From Perkinsus chesapeaki ATCC PRA-425 (lineage: Eukaryota; Protista; Perkinsozoa): DNA of 64,000 nt. Both the position numbers and the translations under genes were made by a program. This document shows positions 24,341-38,200 of this stretch, in pieces. The stretch is taken from positions 44,082 to 108,081 of the forward strand of contig JAAPAO010000042.1 in assembly GCA_013115145.1 (NCBI GenBank). Reading direction: 5' to 3'. The notes under the pieces were generated by a model. It was not told the DNA's origin, did not search any database, and was given only the letters and a program-made list of their open reading frames with translations. Position 1 is the stretch's first letter; every line of letters begins with the position of its first letter.

Positions 24341-24781
24341 TTATGGAATGTAGCTATATATCAGACACGAAAACTCGAATAACTTCCAGATACCTCCGTA
24401 AGTGCGGAGTTCGGTCTGATTAGAAGCAGTCCGCAGAAGCTGCCGGCCTAGCTTTCCTCGAGCATAGCTTTGTGGTGAAAACCCCGAACCAGCTGAACTG
24501 AAGTAATACTTTGAGATTACGAGTCTAGATAGCAGCGAGTCGCTGCCAGCGACTGTCATGCCTAAACCCGAATTGGAAAGCTGATAATGCCAGACATCTG
24601 GGCAAGGGACTGCGATCCTTACTCTGGCTCCACAACATCGATATCCATTCTCCCTCTTCGGGAGGGCCTTATGTGCCATAGTCCAATAGCTGTTAGTCCT
24701 ATACACCTCCCCGCTAAGCTGCAAAAGATGAGGAACAACAGTTTGAAGACATTTATATAGTTGCTGCAGGTTCATAGTCAT
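24341..24781 (-). CDS. Hypothetical ORF inside the duplicated segment
   Basis: 146-aa ORF; MAHKALPKRENGYRCCGARVRIAVPCPDVWHYQL also stays open in copy 1 (MARKALPKRDDGYRRCGARISTAVPCRDVWHYQL); may be non-coding. Confidence 0.25.
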   Translation of the reverse strand: MTMNLQQLYKCLQTVVPHLLQLSGEVYRTNSYWTMAHKALPKRENGYRCCGARVRIAVPCPDVWHYQLSNSGLGMTVAGSDSLLSRLVISKYYFSSAGSGFSPQSYARGKLGRQLLRTASNQTELRTYGGIWKLFEFSCLIYSYIP

Positions 24782-25300
24782 ACTTTATAGAAGACTATAC
24801 TATACAACCATCCCTATGCACAGCGCCGTTAAAACAAATATATATATGCTCGCACAGTTGCCGCACGATACCAAACTATCTCTTTATGTTAACTTGTCAA
24901 AGGTTACACAAGGAAACGTGACTGAAAAGGGTCGGTTCTACGGCGATAGATGCAAGCAGGCCGATTTTGTATCAACGGTTGATGCGTAACAATAGTGCCG
25001 TTACAAAGAACTCATCACATGGTGTTCGTTCCATAACCCTGTTTCAGCTTAGGAAGTAACGTGTGCGTTCAAAACAGCTGTGAGCAGACATTATTAATAA
25101 AGCAGATTGTGGTTCTTCTCTCGAAACATGAGGCTCTCGTCTACTCTTCTGGTCTTTGCTACCCAGGCTGTTCTCAGTGTCATGGCCCAGATACCTGGGA
25201 GATACCAGTATTCTGAGGGAGATGAGTATATTCTCGCCATCGATATTTCTGATCGTAAGACTATGGCGGTGACCTTCACAACCCAAACCAGCCATTTCAT
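24585..25300 (+). repeat. Local duplication, copy 2 (with ~210 bp of extra sequence near 24850-25060)
   Basis: Colinear with 22075-22579 apart from the internal indel. Confidence 0.8.
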
Positions 25301-25871
25301 TGATGGTCGGTACCCACTTACCTCTCTAGATGGACACAGTTACGAACTCAACTTCGATGGTACCTTCGATGGAGTACATCGCTTGTATATTGGGATTCAA
25401 TCTATCTACCCGGGTATTAAGTTCCAAGATGGAGATCTGACGACTGTGACTTTCATCACCGCGGATAGGTTGTATGTCATGTTCGGTGGAAAAAAGGTGG
25501 AACTCAGCAGAGTAGCTTATGACTTACAAGTTGGAAAGTTTGTGTACATGGAGGGTGAGCTCCCATTTCCAAACTTTCGTATAAGCTACAACGTTCACTC
25601 CGACGGCGGCCTGGAAGTAACTTTTGTATGTGCCGATATTGCTACGCCGACGGGGATATTCACTATCGTTGAAAACGACCTGTCAAAGTACAAGTACAAG
25701 TCCTATGACCTCATTCCTTTTGGTAACATTGACAAACTGAAGAGAGATATCAGGCATGCTTGTCCGGGGCTTCCGTTGTACCCAGAGGATCTTAAAGATA
25801 TTATCTTCGTAAATAGCTATACCATTTTTATTGGCCTAGGCAACACTCGTTATACGTTGACCAAAGCCTGA
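25128..25871 (+). CDS. Intronless secreted hypothetical protein (lineage-specific family)
   Basis: MRLSSTLLVFATQAVLSVMA signal peptide; beta-rich body with two Cys in the C-terminal half (VCAD, ACPGL). Confidence 0.85.
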   Translation: MRLSSTLLVFATQAVLSVMAQIPGRYQYSEGDEYILAIDISDRKTMAVTFTTQTSHFIDGRYPLTSLDGHSYELNFDGTFDGVHRLYIGIQSIYPGIKFQDGDLTTVTFITADRLYVMFGGKKVELSRVAYDLQVGKFVYMEGELPFPNFRISYNVHSDGGLEVTFVCADIATPTGIFTIVENDLSKYKYKSYDLIPFGNIDKLKRDIRHACPGLPLYPEDLKDIIFVNSYTIFIGLGNTRYTLTKA

Positions 25872-26492
25872 TATTCATTTTCGCACAGTAGAACAGATGT
25901 GATGAAAGCTTCTACTGTGTTCCTTGCTTACTAAACCCAAGCACTGGGAACTCGTATTTTACCCATTTTTTCTTCGATGTTTATGACTTAAGGGGACTCC
26001 GCACTCTTGCGCGAGAAGTCCTTATCACGAATAGACATCTTAGTCGACGACGGATGATGACATCATCATGACGATGTATCGATAACACTATACGCTACTG
26101 CTCTATGAGATCTTATTGGCTCAAGTTGATGCAGAGTATTAAGGACTCTTATACAGAGTTATTATAGTTGCATGCAAGTGTAGTGCTGTCAATAATGCCC
26201 TTCTAGTTTTATTTCTCGACAGACTCTCAGAAGTCATTGCAATCGCTTACTGTAATCCTATCCGGAATGAGAAGCTCTCATCGACTGCCTACTAGGTAGT
26301 ACCTACCTAGTTTTATTGATACGAATATGAACGAGAGATTGATGTATGCCCCGTGTCTCGAAGTCGTGTTAGGGGACATAGTAACCATGGTGGCGGCGGG
26401 TGCGGAGCTACCTTCCAGCGAGCCATGGTTTGCGTAGCGCTAGTATCATACTACTAGTATGCTCAAATCACTCGCTAGCTCAATACTAGCGC

Positions 26493-29400
26493 TCAAATTT
26501 TGTAGTTCTGTAGACGTTGAATCTTCTGCCAGAGTTCGTCGACTGCCTCTGCCTTGTCAGAATAGGCTTTTATTGAGATATAGCAAATAAAGTCTATGAA
26601 TAGTTCCTTGCACTATGAAGCCGCTCTCTGATCCTGACTCTGGTGAATCTTCGCGAGTCTGCCGCTCACTGAGCGTCAAAGAGCACTAGGGGCTCTTCCT
26701 ATTCCAGGCAAGGGTTAGAGTTTGTGACTGCGACACTATGTGAAGAGAAGATGAAGTCACCTGCTCACTAGGCTGCTGGATATGCTCACATCACATAGCA
26801 GAGGTCACATGAGCTCAGGTATTAGATATTAAGTATGTATTAGTCTTCCTTCCGTATTGTTGTTTACTTAGCTTTGGTATGCGTCATTTGTACTGAATTT
26901 GACATCCAAAATATCTGGGAGTGCTGGGTTAACAACAGTAACTGCTACTTTTGCTGAACGTGCAACGACCAATCGCTGTAGCCATATTTGCCAAATATTA
27001 TTTGGCACCGGTTATGGCGAGGGGGTGTTCCGCTGTTGGAGCTCAGCGCCAACATCTCAGGAGCTGAGAGTTTTTTGGACTGCACGGGATGCTGTAGCGT
27101 CTGACTACTAGATAGGGCCGATTTAGCCCGGCTGAAGTAAGTTTGGTGACTAACCTATAGTCGAGCCCCATTTGCGACATTCCTGCTTCAGTATGAGATG
27201 TATCCACTATTCTTCACCTATCGGGCATGAGATAAACATGAAACTAGCTCACCAGGGTGCACCAGTACACCTTTAAAACATTCAAAGGCAGTCGCCGACG
27301 AGACGGCAATTTTAAAAGCTGCTGGGTTGAGTATAAGCAAGTCTGGTGAATAACTACTGTCAATTAAAAACTATAAGATCGCTGTTCCGTCTTGAAGACT
27401 CTCGAAACGCCATGCATTGGTGCACGGGAAGCAGAGACAGGCACAGGCAGCACAAGAAATAAACCTCATATACTCTTTGACAATATCCGGGGGTGAGTTA
27501 CTGCTCAAACCTGCCATACACAGCGAGTAAGAGTCATCAATGCTGCTCATAGAGCCTACCGTTCCACTCTGTGCCCATCAACTATGGGCCATAGTGCCTG
27601 TCTCTGCTATCTATTAGAGGCTACTAGCTGAGGGGCGGACATTTACCTTATCTGGTGTGGTTGGGATCCTGTTGACAACAGCCTGCTGTCATGGTCAAAG
27701 GATCGAAAAGATGAAATTCTCAATCTCAGGATGCTGGATTTTCGACATGCCAAACTCAAGTTATTCATGGCGATCAAAAGAGACATCCAGCATGGGAATC
27801 CCATCTGGTGAGTTAACGTATCTTTGCTTGCTTTGATGAAACGAATGACTGAGACAATCATAAGATCTCCCACGAGGCCGCGGCTCTTACCTGCTCTTGT
27901 CGATGCTTGGCAAGCCGGACAGTTTCTTTCTTCAACTCGTCCAGTACACTTCGCATGCGCTCGATCTCATTGGACTTCAGAGTCACCTGAACACCACAGC
28001 GAGCACCGGATACCAATCCATAGAATCACTTGTCGCCGCAGCAACTTTATTTGCTTATCAGGTGAGATTGCTTCCTTCCGATGGTTGAAAGCCTCGCTCA
28101 TTGCCTGACCGTGATGACAGAAGAGAACTCGTCTTGGGGGTAATAGCGATGATTCAGACGAACCTGAAGCCGCTGCCTCTCGCTCTCTGACACTTCTAGC
28201 TTCTTTTCGGCGACCGAAAGGTCCTCCTGCAGTCTCTGCATCGCTTCACTATTCTTCTGAAATCCTCAAATAAAAGCCGCGCATCATTTAAAATTGTCAA
28301 GGACGCCTCTTAGAGTGCTCACATCATCGAGTGATGGACACGGTATAGGTGATGTAGAAGAGTCTCTCTTCGGGCACTCAAATGGCGCATGCTTCTTGGG
28401 AAGAGTGTCCTGAAAGCTACCCCGTGTGAACACTGCTCTGAGACGGTTCAGAATTCTGCTGAGTCAGCATTCTCCCACGGCTAATAGGAATCTATAGTAT
28501 AGATTCTATACCGTTGGGGCTCGCTTGTGAATGAGTTGTTGACGCATAAGGTTGTTGTCAGTTTGTAGTTGATGTACCCTTGCCTTGTAGTCCTGCAAGA
28601 GTATTTGCTTCTCAATCACGCGATTCAGAGGTGAGTACTTTAATCTCTCTTTGCATGATATCAATTATTCGGCCCGCCCCATGGCGTAGGTCGTTCATCT
28701 CAACGCTAGTGAGGTCCTCAGGCTCGCCTACACAGTGAACCACTAGAGTGGTTATATGCAATGAACCCACTTGTAGGAGGCAAGCTTTCCATCGCTGCTC
28801 TGCTCTTAAGACGTCTGTTCTCAGATCTGAAGTTCAACAGATTGCCACAGTCGATCTCAGCCAACGAACTCCAATTGTCGGATCTTCCTCCAAAGTTCGT
28901 CCATTTCCTCAGCCTCCTCGGAATCTATTTCGCGCTCTTCTACGGGCTCTACTTTTGCGGCTTCCTATATCAAGAATCCTAGTATTAAATATCAGCGTAA
29001 AGTACTTTCCGCGGTTCTGGCATTTGGGATTGTTCACTATAGAAAATTTCCATGTTAGCATCGTTGTGGGCTCGGAGGCGCAAGACCTACACACAAAAGC
29101 TTTTAACCTCGAGGCATTCGCGAACATGTAGACTTGTAAACTTTCATAATAGAGTTATGAATAACCCAGTATGCACTTCACGAGACAGGTTCGACCTGCC
29201 TCACTTCATTTCGTAGCCTTTTAACCTCGTCATTCAAGCTCGCTATTCTGTATTCTTTATCAGTCTCCCAGACCCAGCTCACGAGACGCTGCTGTATTTG
29301 CCTGATATGGGTCACCTACAGTGCAATGCAGAACTTAACAAGCATCATGCTTCAAGTAGGGCTAAGTGGCCACCTGCTCCTCGGGGGTTCGAATAAAATC

Positions 29401-32400
29401 ACAGATTGTGTTAAGGGCTTCTCTGAGGACCTTCAGCTCAGTAACATGCTTGAACGATGCTGCTCTTGCTTCTGAGGCTTGGCGACGAGCCACTGATAGG
29501 ACCTGCCAAACGTAACTCAGAACCGCTACTGCTGAAGGGTGTACATCTCGTGCTTGATCAAGCTCGAGTGATTTCTCTGTTGTCTGTGCTATTGCTTCCT
29601 CCGCAGCCATCAAACGACGCTCCATCTATCGTAGCAACTCAAGTTCTTCCCTCCAAAGATCCTCACCTCTACTGAACTGATGGTTGCGCCGCTTGCCGGC
29701 TCTCCACCATTCAGCTCTATTTGCCGTCGTTGACTTCGTTCCTTGACTAGACTTGTCTCTGCTGTTGCGAGGCATTCCTCAACATACCGGATCTAGGCGA
29801 GATCTCTCACTCAAATGTCTAACCCCACCTACCTGCGACTTCAGCTCCTTGATGATGTCTTCATCAGCTTCTACTTGCTTACGTAACACAATTAGCTCTC
29901 GGCCTGTGACGGTATCCCCTTGGGTAATCTGCTGCTGTCCTTCCCTCGTCTCGCAGTCCGTAACTTGCGGGAGCAGCTCCCTAATCCTACTTCGCGCGTG
30001 CTCGGCCTGCCGAAAAGCACTCGGAAAATGCAATGACCAAAGCATCCAATGCTTAACCCTCAGCCTGAATGATCGAGTGACTCATATAGAATCGTCCTAT
30101 GCAAATCACTCACTCTATTCTGTTAAAACATACAGTAAAAATTAAGGTGTTGAATACTTACTGTGGATTCACTTTCAGACACTCTTGCTTGGAGACCACT
30201 GAGGTAAACTTCAATGTCGCTGTTACGTTCCTTTACTGCAATAAGCTCGGACTTTATCGACTCGTATTCGTGAATTGGTACACCTATAAAGATTAAATGG
30301 AGGTAATCTACTTGCTTTGAAAGCAATGCTTTCATGGTGCATGAATAATCATGTCAGTTCAAGCTTGAGAATCAGTTAGTAACCTCAACAGATTGGAATA
30401 TGTCTCTTACTGGCTGACAGTCTTTCCATAGTGACCTTCACAGCCTGATGAGCTTTGTTGTTCAGCCGCAGTAAATGAAAGATCCAATCTCTCAAGAATA
30501 GCTCTCGAGAGGAGTACTCGGCCGATATGCCCTCTAGCGCATCCCTAAACCACCGCTGCTCTCGTCAACAGCACATCAGTCCTGCCTTAGAGTTGTTGAT
30601 TCTGTTCTGCTCGTCTGTAGGGCGCGAGTTAATGCGCTTTCTCGAGCTTCACTTTTACTCAACCTTTCCAACACTGCGAGGTACTTCTCTTTCACTTTAT
30701 CATCTGACACTAAATGCTACTCCAACTCCTCATGAACAGGCCTCACCTCCCTTCGTTGAGTCTGCCTGACTCTGAAGCCTCATACTCTGCTCCCGTAGCT
30801 CTTTAACCCGCTCAAGCTCTGGTCTTAGTGTTCTTATCTCATCCTCCTTCTCTCTTAGTCTTGTAAGGGTTTCTTTCTCGAATTCCGCGTGCTTCTGTAA
30901 CTGACCCGTATGTGATCATATTAGAGTTTTCAAGAGTGTACCAACCAGATTTGTATGCTCTTCAACCAGTACTCCATGGGCAGCGACTCGGCTCTGTAGT
31001 GCTTCGCCGACAACTCCCAAATCTTGGCTCAACCTGAGTCATAGAAATTCATAATTGTGCTTTTAATATAGAGTTTCAAGTAATCCAGCAAACTGAGATC
31101 CACATACCGTCGTAACCTAAGGCTCGGATTGTTTGGTGACTCTCCGTACCTTTGATCTTAGGGACCACGCTCTCATGGAAGGATGCTCATTAGCTATTGA
31201 AGGCATATAGTAGTTTGAATACCACTGAGGGTACCGCATCACACAGTGAGTATTTCGGTATCGCCAAAACCAACTCACTGGCTTGTAAATGTGTTTGTTA
31301 GGTACTTAACAGCTCAGCGGTTGACAGCACGGCGATAGCAGCGCATCCTCACTTTTTGTTAATGTTACGGAGTCGTTCATTCTCTTCAATCGTCTCCAGC
31401 AGCATGGTGTATAATATGGGCACAGCCTTCTCATGTTGTGATATATCTGTGACGAATTTCTAGTGAGAATTTTAGTCTTGTTTACTTTTCGGTGTCAATA
31501 CCGCTTGGTCCAGTACATGACTGTATGCTATCAGAGGAAGCCCCTTAATTCTTGGTAGTGCGGTTGGAGGCTGCATGACATCTTCCTTTTCATCCTGTAT
31601 TATTGACTGTTGAATCTCCGGCTGAATTTATACGGTGCGAAGGGACCCGTCTCCATTTGACGAAAACGTACCTTGGTGCTTCGTGCAGAAGTTACAATAC
31701 TGCCAGGTGCCATAGAGGAAGCATCCTTAAGGTTAAGACGATGAGGCCTATGAGGTGAGCTGTTAGTCTGGTGCTGGTTGAGAAGGGCTTCTAGCTTGGT
31801 TTCTACCTACCAAGGGTTGATCAAGACTAGGTGGCTCAGAAAGTTGATCCTCTTCATGCTTGTTTACGGATTATCGCATATACTGTATAAACCCTATTAT
31901 TAATGGATCGGGCATATCATCTACCAACTCACGATCCTATGTTCTATTTAAGACTAACTCCTAAGGACTTTTGTCCTCCGCTATTATATGACATCATCAT
32001 GTCGTCAACTTACCGCTGCTGATATCAAGTCGACCGCTGACGAGTCCCACTCTTGAGATTTTCGATCGACCAGGGCGGATCCGCCGCTTATTGTGTCTCT
32101 TAGGCGATGTTCAAGTCCTCGGATCTACTGCCAACCTTTTCATACTCCAAAAGTGGGGAGCATACCTCCGTCTTGAGTTTAGTGATTTCGCTTTTGTATA
32201 GAGCGATGTCATCAGAGCCGCATCTTGGCTGCTCCCTTGGAGGGACAATTGATCCTTCTCGGAGGGACTTCGCGAACTGGTAAGAGGTCTGGCTAGCTTT
32301 TGATTACATTCGCTACTTGCTGCAAATATATAAGTTTATCAGCATCAAGCCCTTGACACATTACTCCTTTCTCAGCGACCATCTGTGAGAGCTCTAAGAT

Positions 32401-34855
32401 CTAACAAACGGTAGTGCCTAGAAATGCCACCCAGGCGCGCACCTTCTTCCGTAGCTTGACCCGCTCATGGTCCCACTCGAGCTCGCGTTGCTCAAGAACT
32501 CTAAGTTGCGCGATCGCTCCGGAAGCACTCAGCCTTTCCGCGATTTTCATTTCTGTCTGAATTGCTGAAAGCGTTGCGCTACTATACCTACCGTTCAAGT
32601 CTAGCAGGCGATCTAGTGGTATTCTGCCCGCTTGACGGAGGTAGCGGTTCTCCAGTATTATATCCTCAGCTTCAGATAGGAACTCGCTCAGCTCCACCCT
32701 TGCAGCTGTAAGGTGTCTGCAGTAATTAAGTCGATGATAGCTCCCTCTAGAAGGCTTGCTCTAGTTTACTTGTCTTTTTGCCGAATAGTATTTTCAAGCT
32801 CGTTAATCTTCTTCAGAGCCTCTGGAGCGGAGAAACCTCGGGCGAACTCGTCGACCTTAATAAATAGGAGACAAGATGAACCTCGTATACCCAACCTTCT
32901 TTTGTAACCGCATGAGCTCATCGTCCTTGTCTTGGAGATTGTCCTGTAGTTTTCTAACAGCGCTGTGGACGTCTGAGAGTTCGTATTATTTTACGAAAAG
33001 TTGAGAAGGCTTTGACCTTCGAGACCTGCAGAGCCATTTACCCTCTCGCGCGCTTTCTGCTGGTCGGTCAATGCCACAGATTGAGTCGATCGAAGTTGTG
33101 CTTCTAATAAGATGTGGCCAAGTTGCCCGCTATCCTATGATTTCACCCAATGCTTCTATTTCGATTTCTCTTTCCCTCAATAGCATCTCGAAAGCCCTGC
33201 TGCTTCCACCACGACGCTCCTATTCTAGGAAATGAATGCAATACAGACATATTCGTACACTCTCTTCCAAAGATGTGAGCTTCCCTTTGAGGACTGTGTT
33301 TTCGAGCTCCAAGTCGGAGATCTTTTCATCTCGCTCGGCCAAATGCTCTCTAATTCTCGCGTCTACCCTAAGAAATGAAAATGGCCTACCACATAGACCG
33401 GGCTTGACGATTGAAAAGACACCACAGCGGGAGGAGTTGGCTTCGTGTCCCGAGATGCCCTTCATCACGGATGAGTCGATAAACGGCTCAGTGCGCCGGG
33501 CTTACTCCTTCTCGAATTTAGTAAGAGCTATGATCTGTACATTCTTTTCTTCTAGTACGTCCTCAAGCGCCTCTTTCGCGCGGCTCACCCTCGAGATCTG
33601 AGTGAAATGAGGTGCTCACAGTAAGGAGCAACGAGAAGAAAGTAATAAGCATAAGAGATGAGAATAGCTCCTTGAGTATGTTACCGTTCACCGCCGATCT
33701 AGGTAGCACCGCGTCCGCAGCCAAAAAGCATTTAAGAAAGACCTTAGTCACTGCTACTAAGCCGTTCACCTCGTCCTGAGCATCTTGTAGGGATTCTTCT
33801 AGCTCACTCAACTTCGCTTCGTATTCTTCCTCTAATAAAGGAGCGTCTGCCTTTTTATGACTCTCCCGGCTACTATCATCACCATCCACCTGAAGGTGAA
33901 AAGTTCTAGTAGACGGCAACGGAGTAATTTGAATATGATTTTTCTCAGTGTACACGAGGGCGTATATAATCGATAATACTGTCAGACCTTCGATCTGAGA
34001 TCGATGTTCTCGTCCACAAGCTCTTGCATCTCGGATTGAAGTTGATCTATTTCTCTTTGTCTCTCGCTGAATGTCCGCGACTCAACCACCGGGGACAATT
34101 TTGAAGCTACCGAGTCTCTTTCCGGAGCTCTTGAACTTCATCGTGGCTCGTTTTTTTATAGCTTTCAACTTGCTCCACTATTTGATCTCTCTCTCGTGCG
34201 AGTGTCCTCATCTCCATGTCGTGCCTCAACCTCAGATCCTGAAGCCTTAATAGAAGGGTCCCCGAACTTGCACCACGCACTTCTATATCTCTAAGTCTAT
34301 GGTTGTTCATTCTGGCAATCTCTTCCTCACACTCTTGTAAAAGTCTGTTAAGTCTCATGTTCTCCATCCTCAAACTCTCTGCCTCTCCTTGGTACCTTGA
34401 TAAATTAGACGCAGTTCCTCAACTTGAAACCCATCACCCCCGTAAAATATGTAAGCGAATAATTCCATTCCATTCTCATGTGATCTGTGGCCGTCGAAGG
34501 GTACTTCTATCCATGTGGGATCCTCTAGTACCCACATGGCGTAGTACAGGCTATTCCACGGATGCTTCATATCCTTAGACATAGATGCCCCAGGTAGGTT
34601 CAACAAAGATTCCACGAGCGACTATCTTTCATGGCTGGCTCGTAGAACTCCGGGACGTAGCACGTACTCAAAAACCGTAGTGTTTCGTCCAGGCTTGTTC
34701 GAATCCTTTTTTTTGTATATGTGTGATGGTTACAAAGTGATGATGACTCATTCTTACTGGTTCCCCCCAGTGAACCCTCCATGCGGTCCAAAGCCTAGGT
34801 TACCCCCGCCACTAGCTGAGCCCCTTGCATTGGATGAGAAGGATCTAGGAAACAT
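26493..34855 (-). CDS. CEP290: CEP290-like ciliary transition-zone coiled-coil protein (many exons)
   Basis: Exons VDEFARGFSAPEALKKINELENTIRQKDK and ELSEFLSEAEDIILENRYLRQAGRIPLDRLLDL...QLRVLEQRELEWDHERVKLRKKVR parallel the conserved CEP290 segment (DFLDENEALR...IDL...LEEERLDLKKKIR); ~8 kb of heptad exons; candidate ATG at 34855 and TGA at 26493. Confidence 0.7.
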
Positions 34856-35247
34856 GAGGCTGCTGAAGAGGTATCAGCAGTAACGCGAGTCTAGATACCG
34901 TTTAAACTTGATAGACTAGCACATAACAAAATCATTCGAGTGAAAACTTATACGACAGAGCATGGACACTCCTCACGAGCTCTGTTTCATGAGGGCTTCG
35001 CGACGAGGTGAACTGGAAGGAGTTCCTGTGCGGCCAGCTAGCAACGTCGCGTTGGTTGGTATTTACCTAGTGCTGGTCCATCGCGTGAACGGCTGCGACG
35101 AATACTGACGTTCCTGAGAGGAAATCCCATCCTTTCCTTCTATACTGTAGAAACCTCGAGCCCTTCTCAGCATGAAGTGGATTAGCTTCTTACCGCTGAC
35201 TTTTATCAGCTTTCGATTCTCCTCTCCTTGTCCCCTTCCCTGAAGTT

Positions 35248-38200
35248 TTATTGTCTTCTATTCTCGACCCTTGAGCTTTTAGTGACCGATAGGATCTATA
35301 GGCACAATAAAGGCTATATATCTGAACAATACAACGAGTTGTAGCTTGCGGAAAAAGGCAAACGATACACCTTCTTTATTCGACGGGAGTTTACTGCTGT
35401 TACAATGGAGAATGCCCGGAAGAGCTCGTCAGCAGTAAAGGACTTGCTGTCATCCTAGAAGAGGATCTGTGCTACATCGGTCTATTCACTTACCAATGCA
35501 TCCTCTTCCGATATTAGAGGGAGTACTATTAGCTCCCCGAGGGTTAGATCGGCTCGAACGTCGGGCATACCTTTGGTGACCTCTCCATCCTCGTCATCTC
35601 CATTCTCCTCGGTTATCGGAGATAAGGGCTCTCTGGAATCTAAGCCAGAAGGTTTTATTAGGAGGATACCATGCAGCGATCTACAGGAGTACCACACTGA
35701 AATAATGAATGTTTTAGAGATGAATTCCTTATGAGCACAATTCGGCGTTCTCGCGTTGAAGCTAAGTGGAGAATTTGTTACGGGAAGAATCTCGTTGAAG
35801 GGAGAGATCCTGTAAGTCCTTAGTGATACGTCGACCTTCGGGCCCGCCGGCGGTGATATCAGAGCTCCAGAGGCTTGGGTTAGTGTGATATCGAAGTCGC
35901 TGGGCGTAGCCAAAGAGAACCTAAACGTCAGCAGCTCAACAGTGATATACATTAGTTTAAGCTCTCTTAAAAATTATCGCCACGAAATGTCTACCAGGTA
36001 ACTCACTCGCATAGCAAAATCCCGAGCTCCCGTGTCTACAACACTTGACAGTTCAGCATCGTCTTCACTGTCATCAAGACACTTTGTGATGTAATCAACA
36101 GTGTTGCACTGTATGGTCCAAAAAAAGCCTATTATAGGCAGACCTTATCAGTAAGAATCCTCGCCGGACCCACTCCTATCGAATGATGTAACGACAATCT
36201 CCTGGGCCGGCCAAGGTCTTCCGAGCCACGCGAACGCAATCCTATCGAGCGCGCTCTTCGGGGTCCTGGAAATCGTAGAGAGCAGCAGTATGTAATTTGC
36301 TTTCTACTTTGGTATCAACACGACGTTAAGCAAAGGCATCTCGTCCGTCAAGGAACGACTATCCTCGGCTCCACTCGCGCTATTCTCTAGCTTGTCAACT
36401 TTGAGGGCAATTCTTGACTTCATCGCTTCGCTCCGCTCAACATGCCTCACAATTACGTCCCTAGAGGAAGACTGAGGTACTAATCACTAAGCGGAGGACC
36501 TACGGCAGATAGTATCTAGTCCAAAGCTTTTTCGCGTTAGCCACCAGTGACTCTGATGGTTTCACCTGTTCATTCACACGCTGTAGTGTTGCCCTATGGG
36601 TCATGTTGTTATCGATCCTACAAAGCTGGATGTCTCTAGCGGTAGAGCAGCTCACTGTACGCTGTATCCTCATTTTGAGTGCTCGATTCGTCTATCGATC
36701 CACCAAGTGATACGAATCTTTCGAGACGTTTCCTGGTAGCTCGGTGGTACCTTTTCATCTGCGAAGACGTTGCTGGACTTCAAGAAGCTCTGACAGAGCT
36801 TCACAGTGTGACGTTTACCGCTTTTTCTTCCTTTGCCTTTTCCAACTCCGCCTGTTGCTTCTTGCGCTTGCGAGCGTAATAAAGAGCATACTCTTTCAAA
36901 AGATGATATCTATTGGTACAATGTGCTTGCTCATGACTGCTGCTTGCAGCTTACATGGCTTGGATTATAAATATGCCGTTAATGACTCCACATAAAATTA
37001 TCATAAAGACAACCACCTCATCGGCGAGGTCAAACATGATGACTAATTGTATAGTGATATGAGTAATGAAAATCGCAAACCTACAAAAAGCCGTTTTGTA
37101 GCGTACGAACTTTACGCTATGTTAATGAGACCACGGCACCTCCCTTGAAAAGGCTCCGTGGTTTCATCGACGTGACAGACCTACAAGGCTTTGGCTTCTA
37201 AGGCGTCCAGAAGACCTCTTTGCCGATCGTCATAAGGCATGACCGAAACATGCAGCAAGCATGATACACCCGATAAAACAGCATAGCAAACCAACTTCGC
37301 TTTCATATCACCAAGGGAGATATTCCTGAGAGAACACCTTGCCGCAAGTCCCACGAGAAGGTCACTGCTACGTTATAAGGCCATATAGGAAAGCCTGCAG
37401 TCGCTTGACGCTCTCCCAGTACCAGCATCTTGTCTCAAAGCCGAGATAGAGAAAACCGTATTTCCTAAGGCAGTGATCTTCCATCAGAACTTTCCGCTTA
37501 TTGAACAGTAATAACATAGATACAAAGACAAAGCCGATGGTCCAGATTGCCAGGCCTGTTACAGCTATAAGTACCAGGGACGAATGAGGGTAACCGTCAA
37601 AGCATATTATATCGGGATCACTCAACCACCGAAGCCTTTTGACGTGCTCTCCGTTAACAGAGTCGCTGAACGTATTGCACTGTAAGAGAAGGAGCATTTT
37701 CTCGGTAACTGCCTGCCAGGAGTAAAACACAGCAACAAGATAAACTGGCGTGCAGTCAATGATAAACCCAGAGATGATACGTATACCCCGTCGTGTACGT
37801 GATTCTACTCTCACAGGATACTGAGTACGCCAGATGCCAAGGAGCCTGTCATCTCTAGGAGCAATACCACCAGTCGGTTGCTCTTCTTCTTTTATAGCGA
37901 GCTCTTGACTGCTCTCGCTATCGCTGCTGACCTCAATGTCCTCTGGGCTTAGAGGCATTACGCTGGCCAAAGAGGACCGTCGAGTGCTCAGTGTACTGCT
38001 GGAAGATCTTCTTCGAGTCAAGCTGCGGCGGACCTTTTTTGACACGATTTTTATGGTTCGATCTCGTTTGGCACGAAGCTGTCTTCCTACCAAAACCAAT
38101 TGCCAGAGGCGCTTTCGCATCAGCAATAATGCACCACAGACGACAGTGAGAAAGACTATCTTGAAAAGGGGAGATATCAACCAGAAATTGGCCTCGACGA

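Noticed and set aside
26112-26125. TTGGCTCAAG, the 3' end of the spliced leader (GGCTCAAG also at ~9172, 12174 and 44628)
   Set aside because: 8-10-nt matches are expected by chance, and the 5' part of the leader is absent
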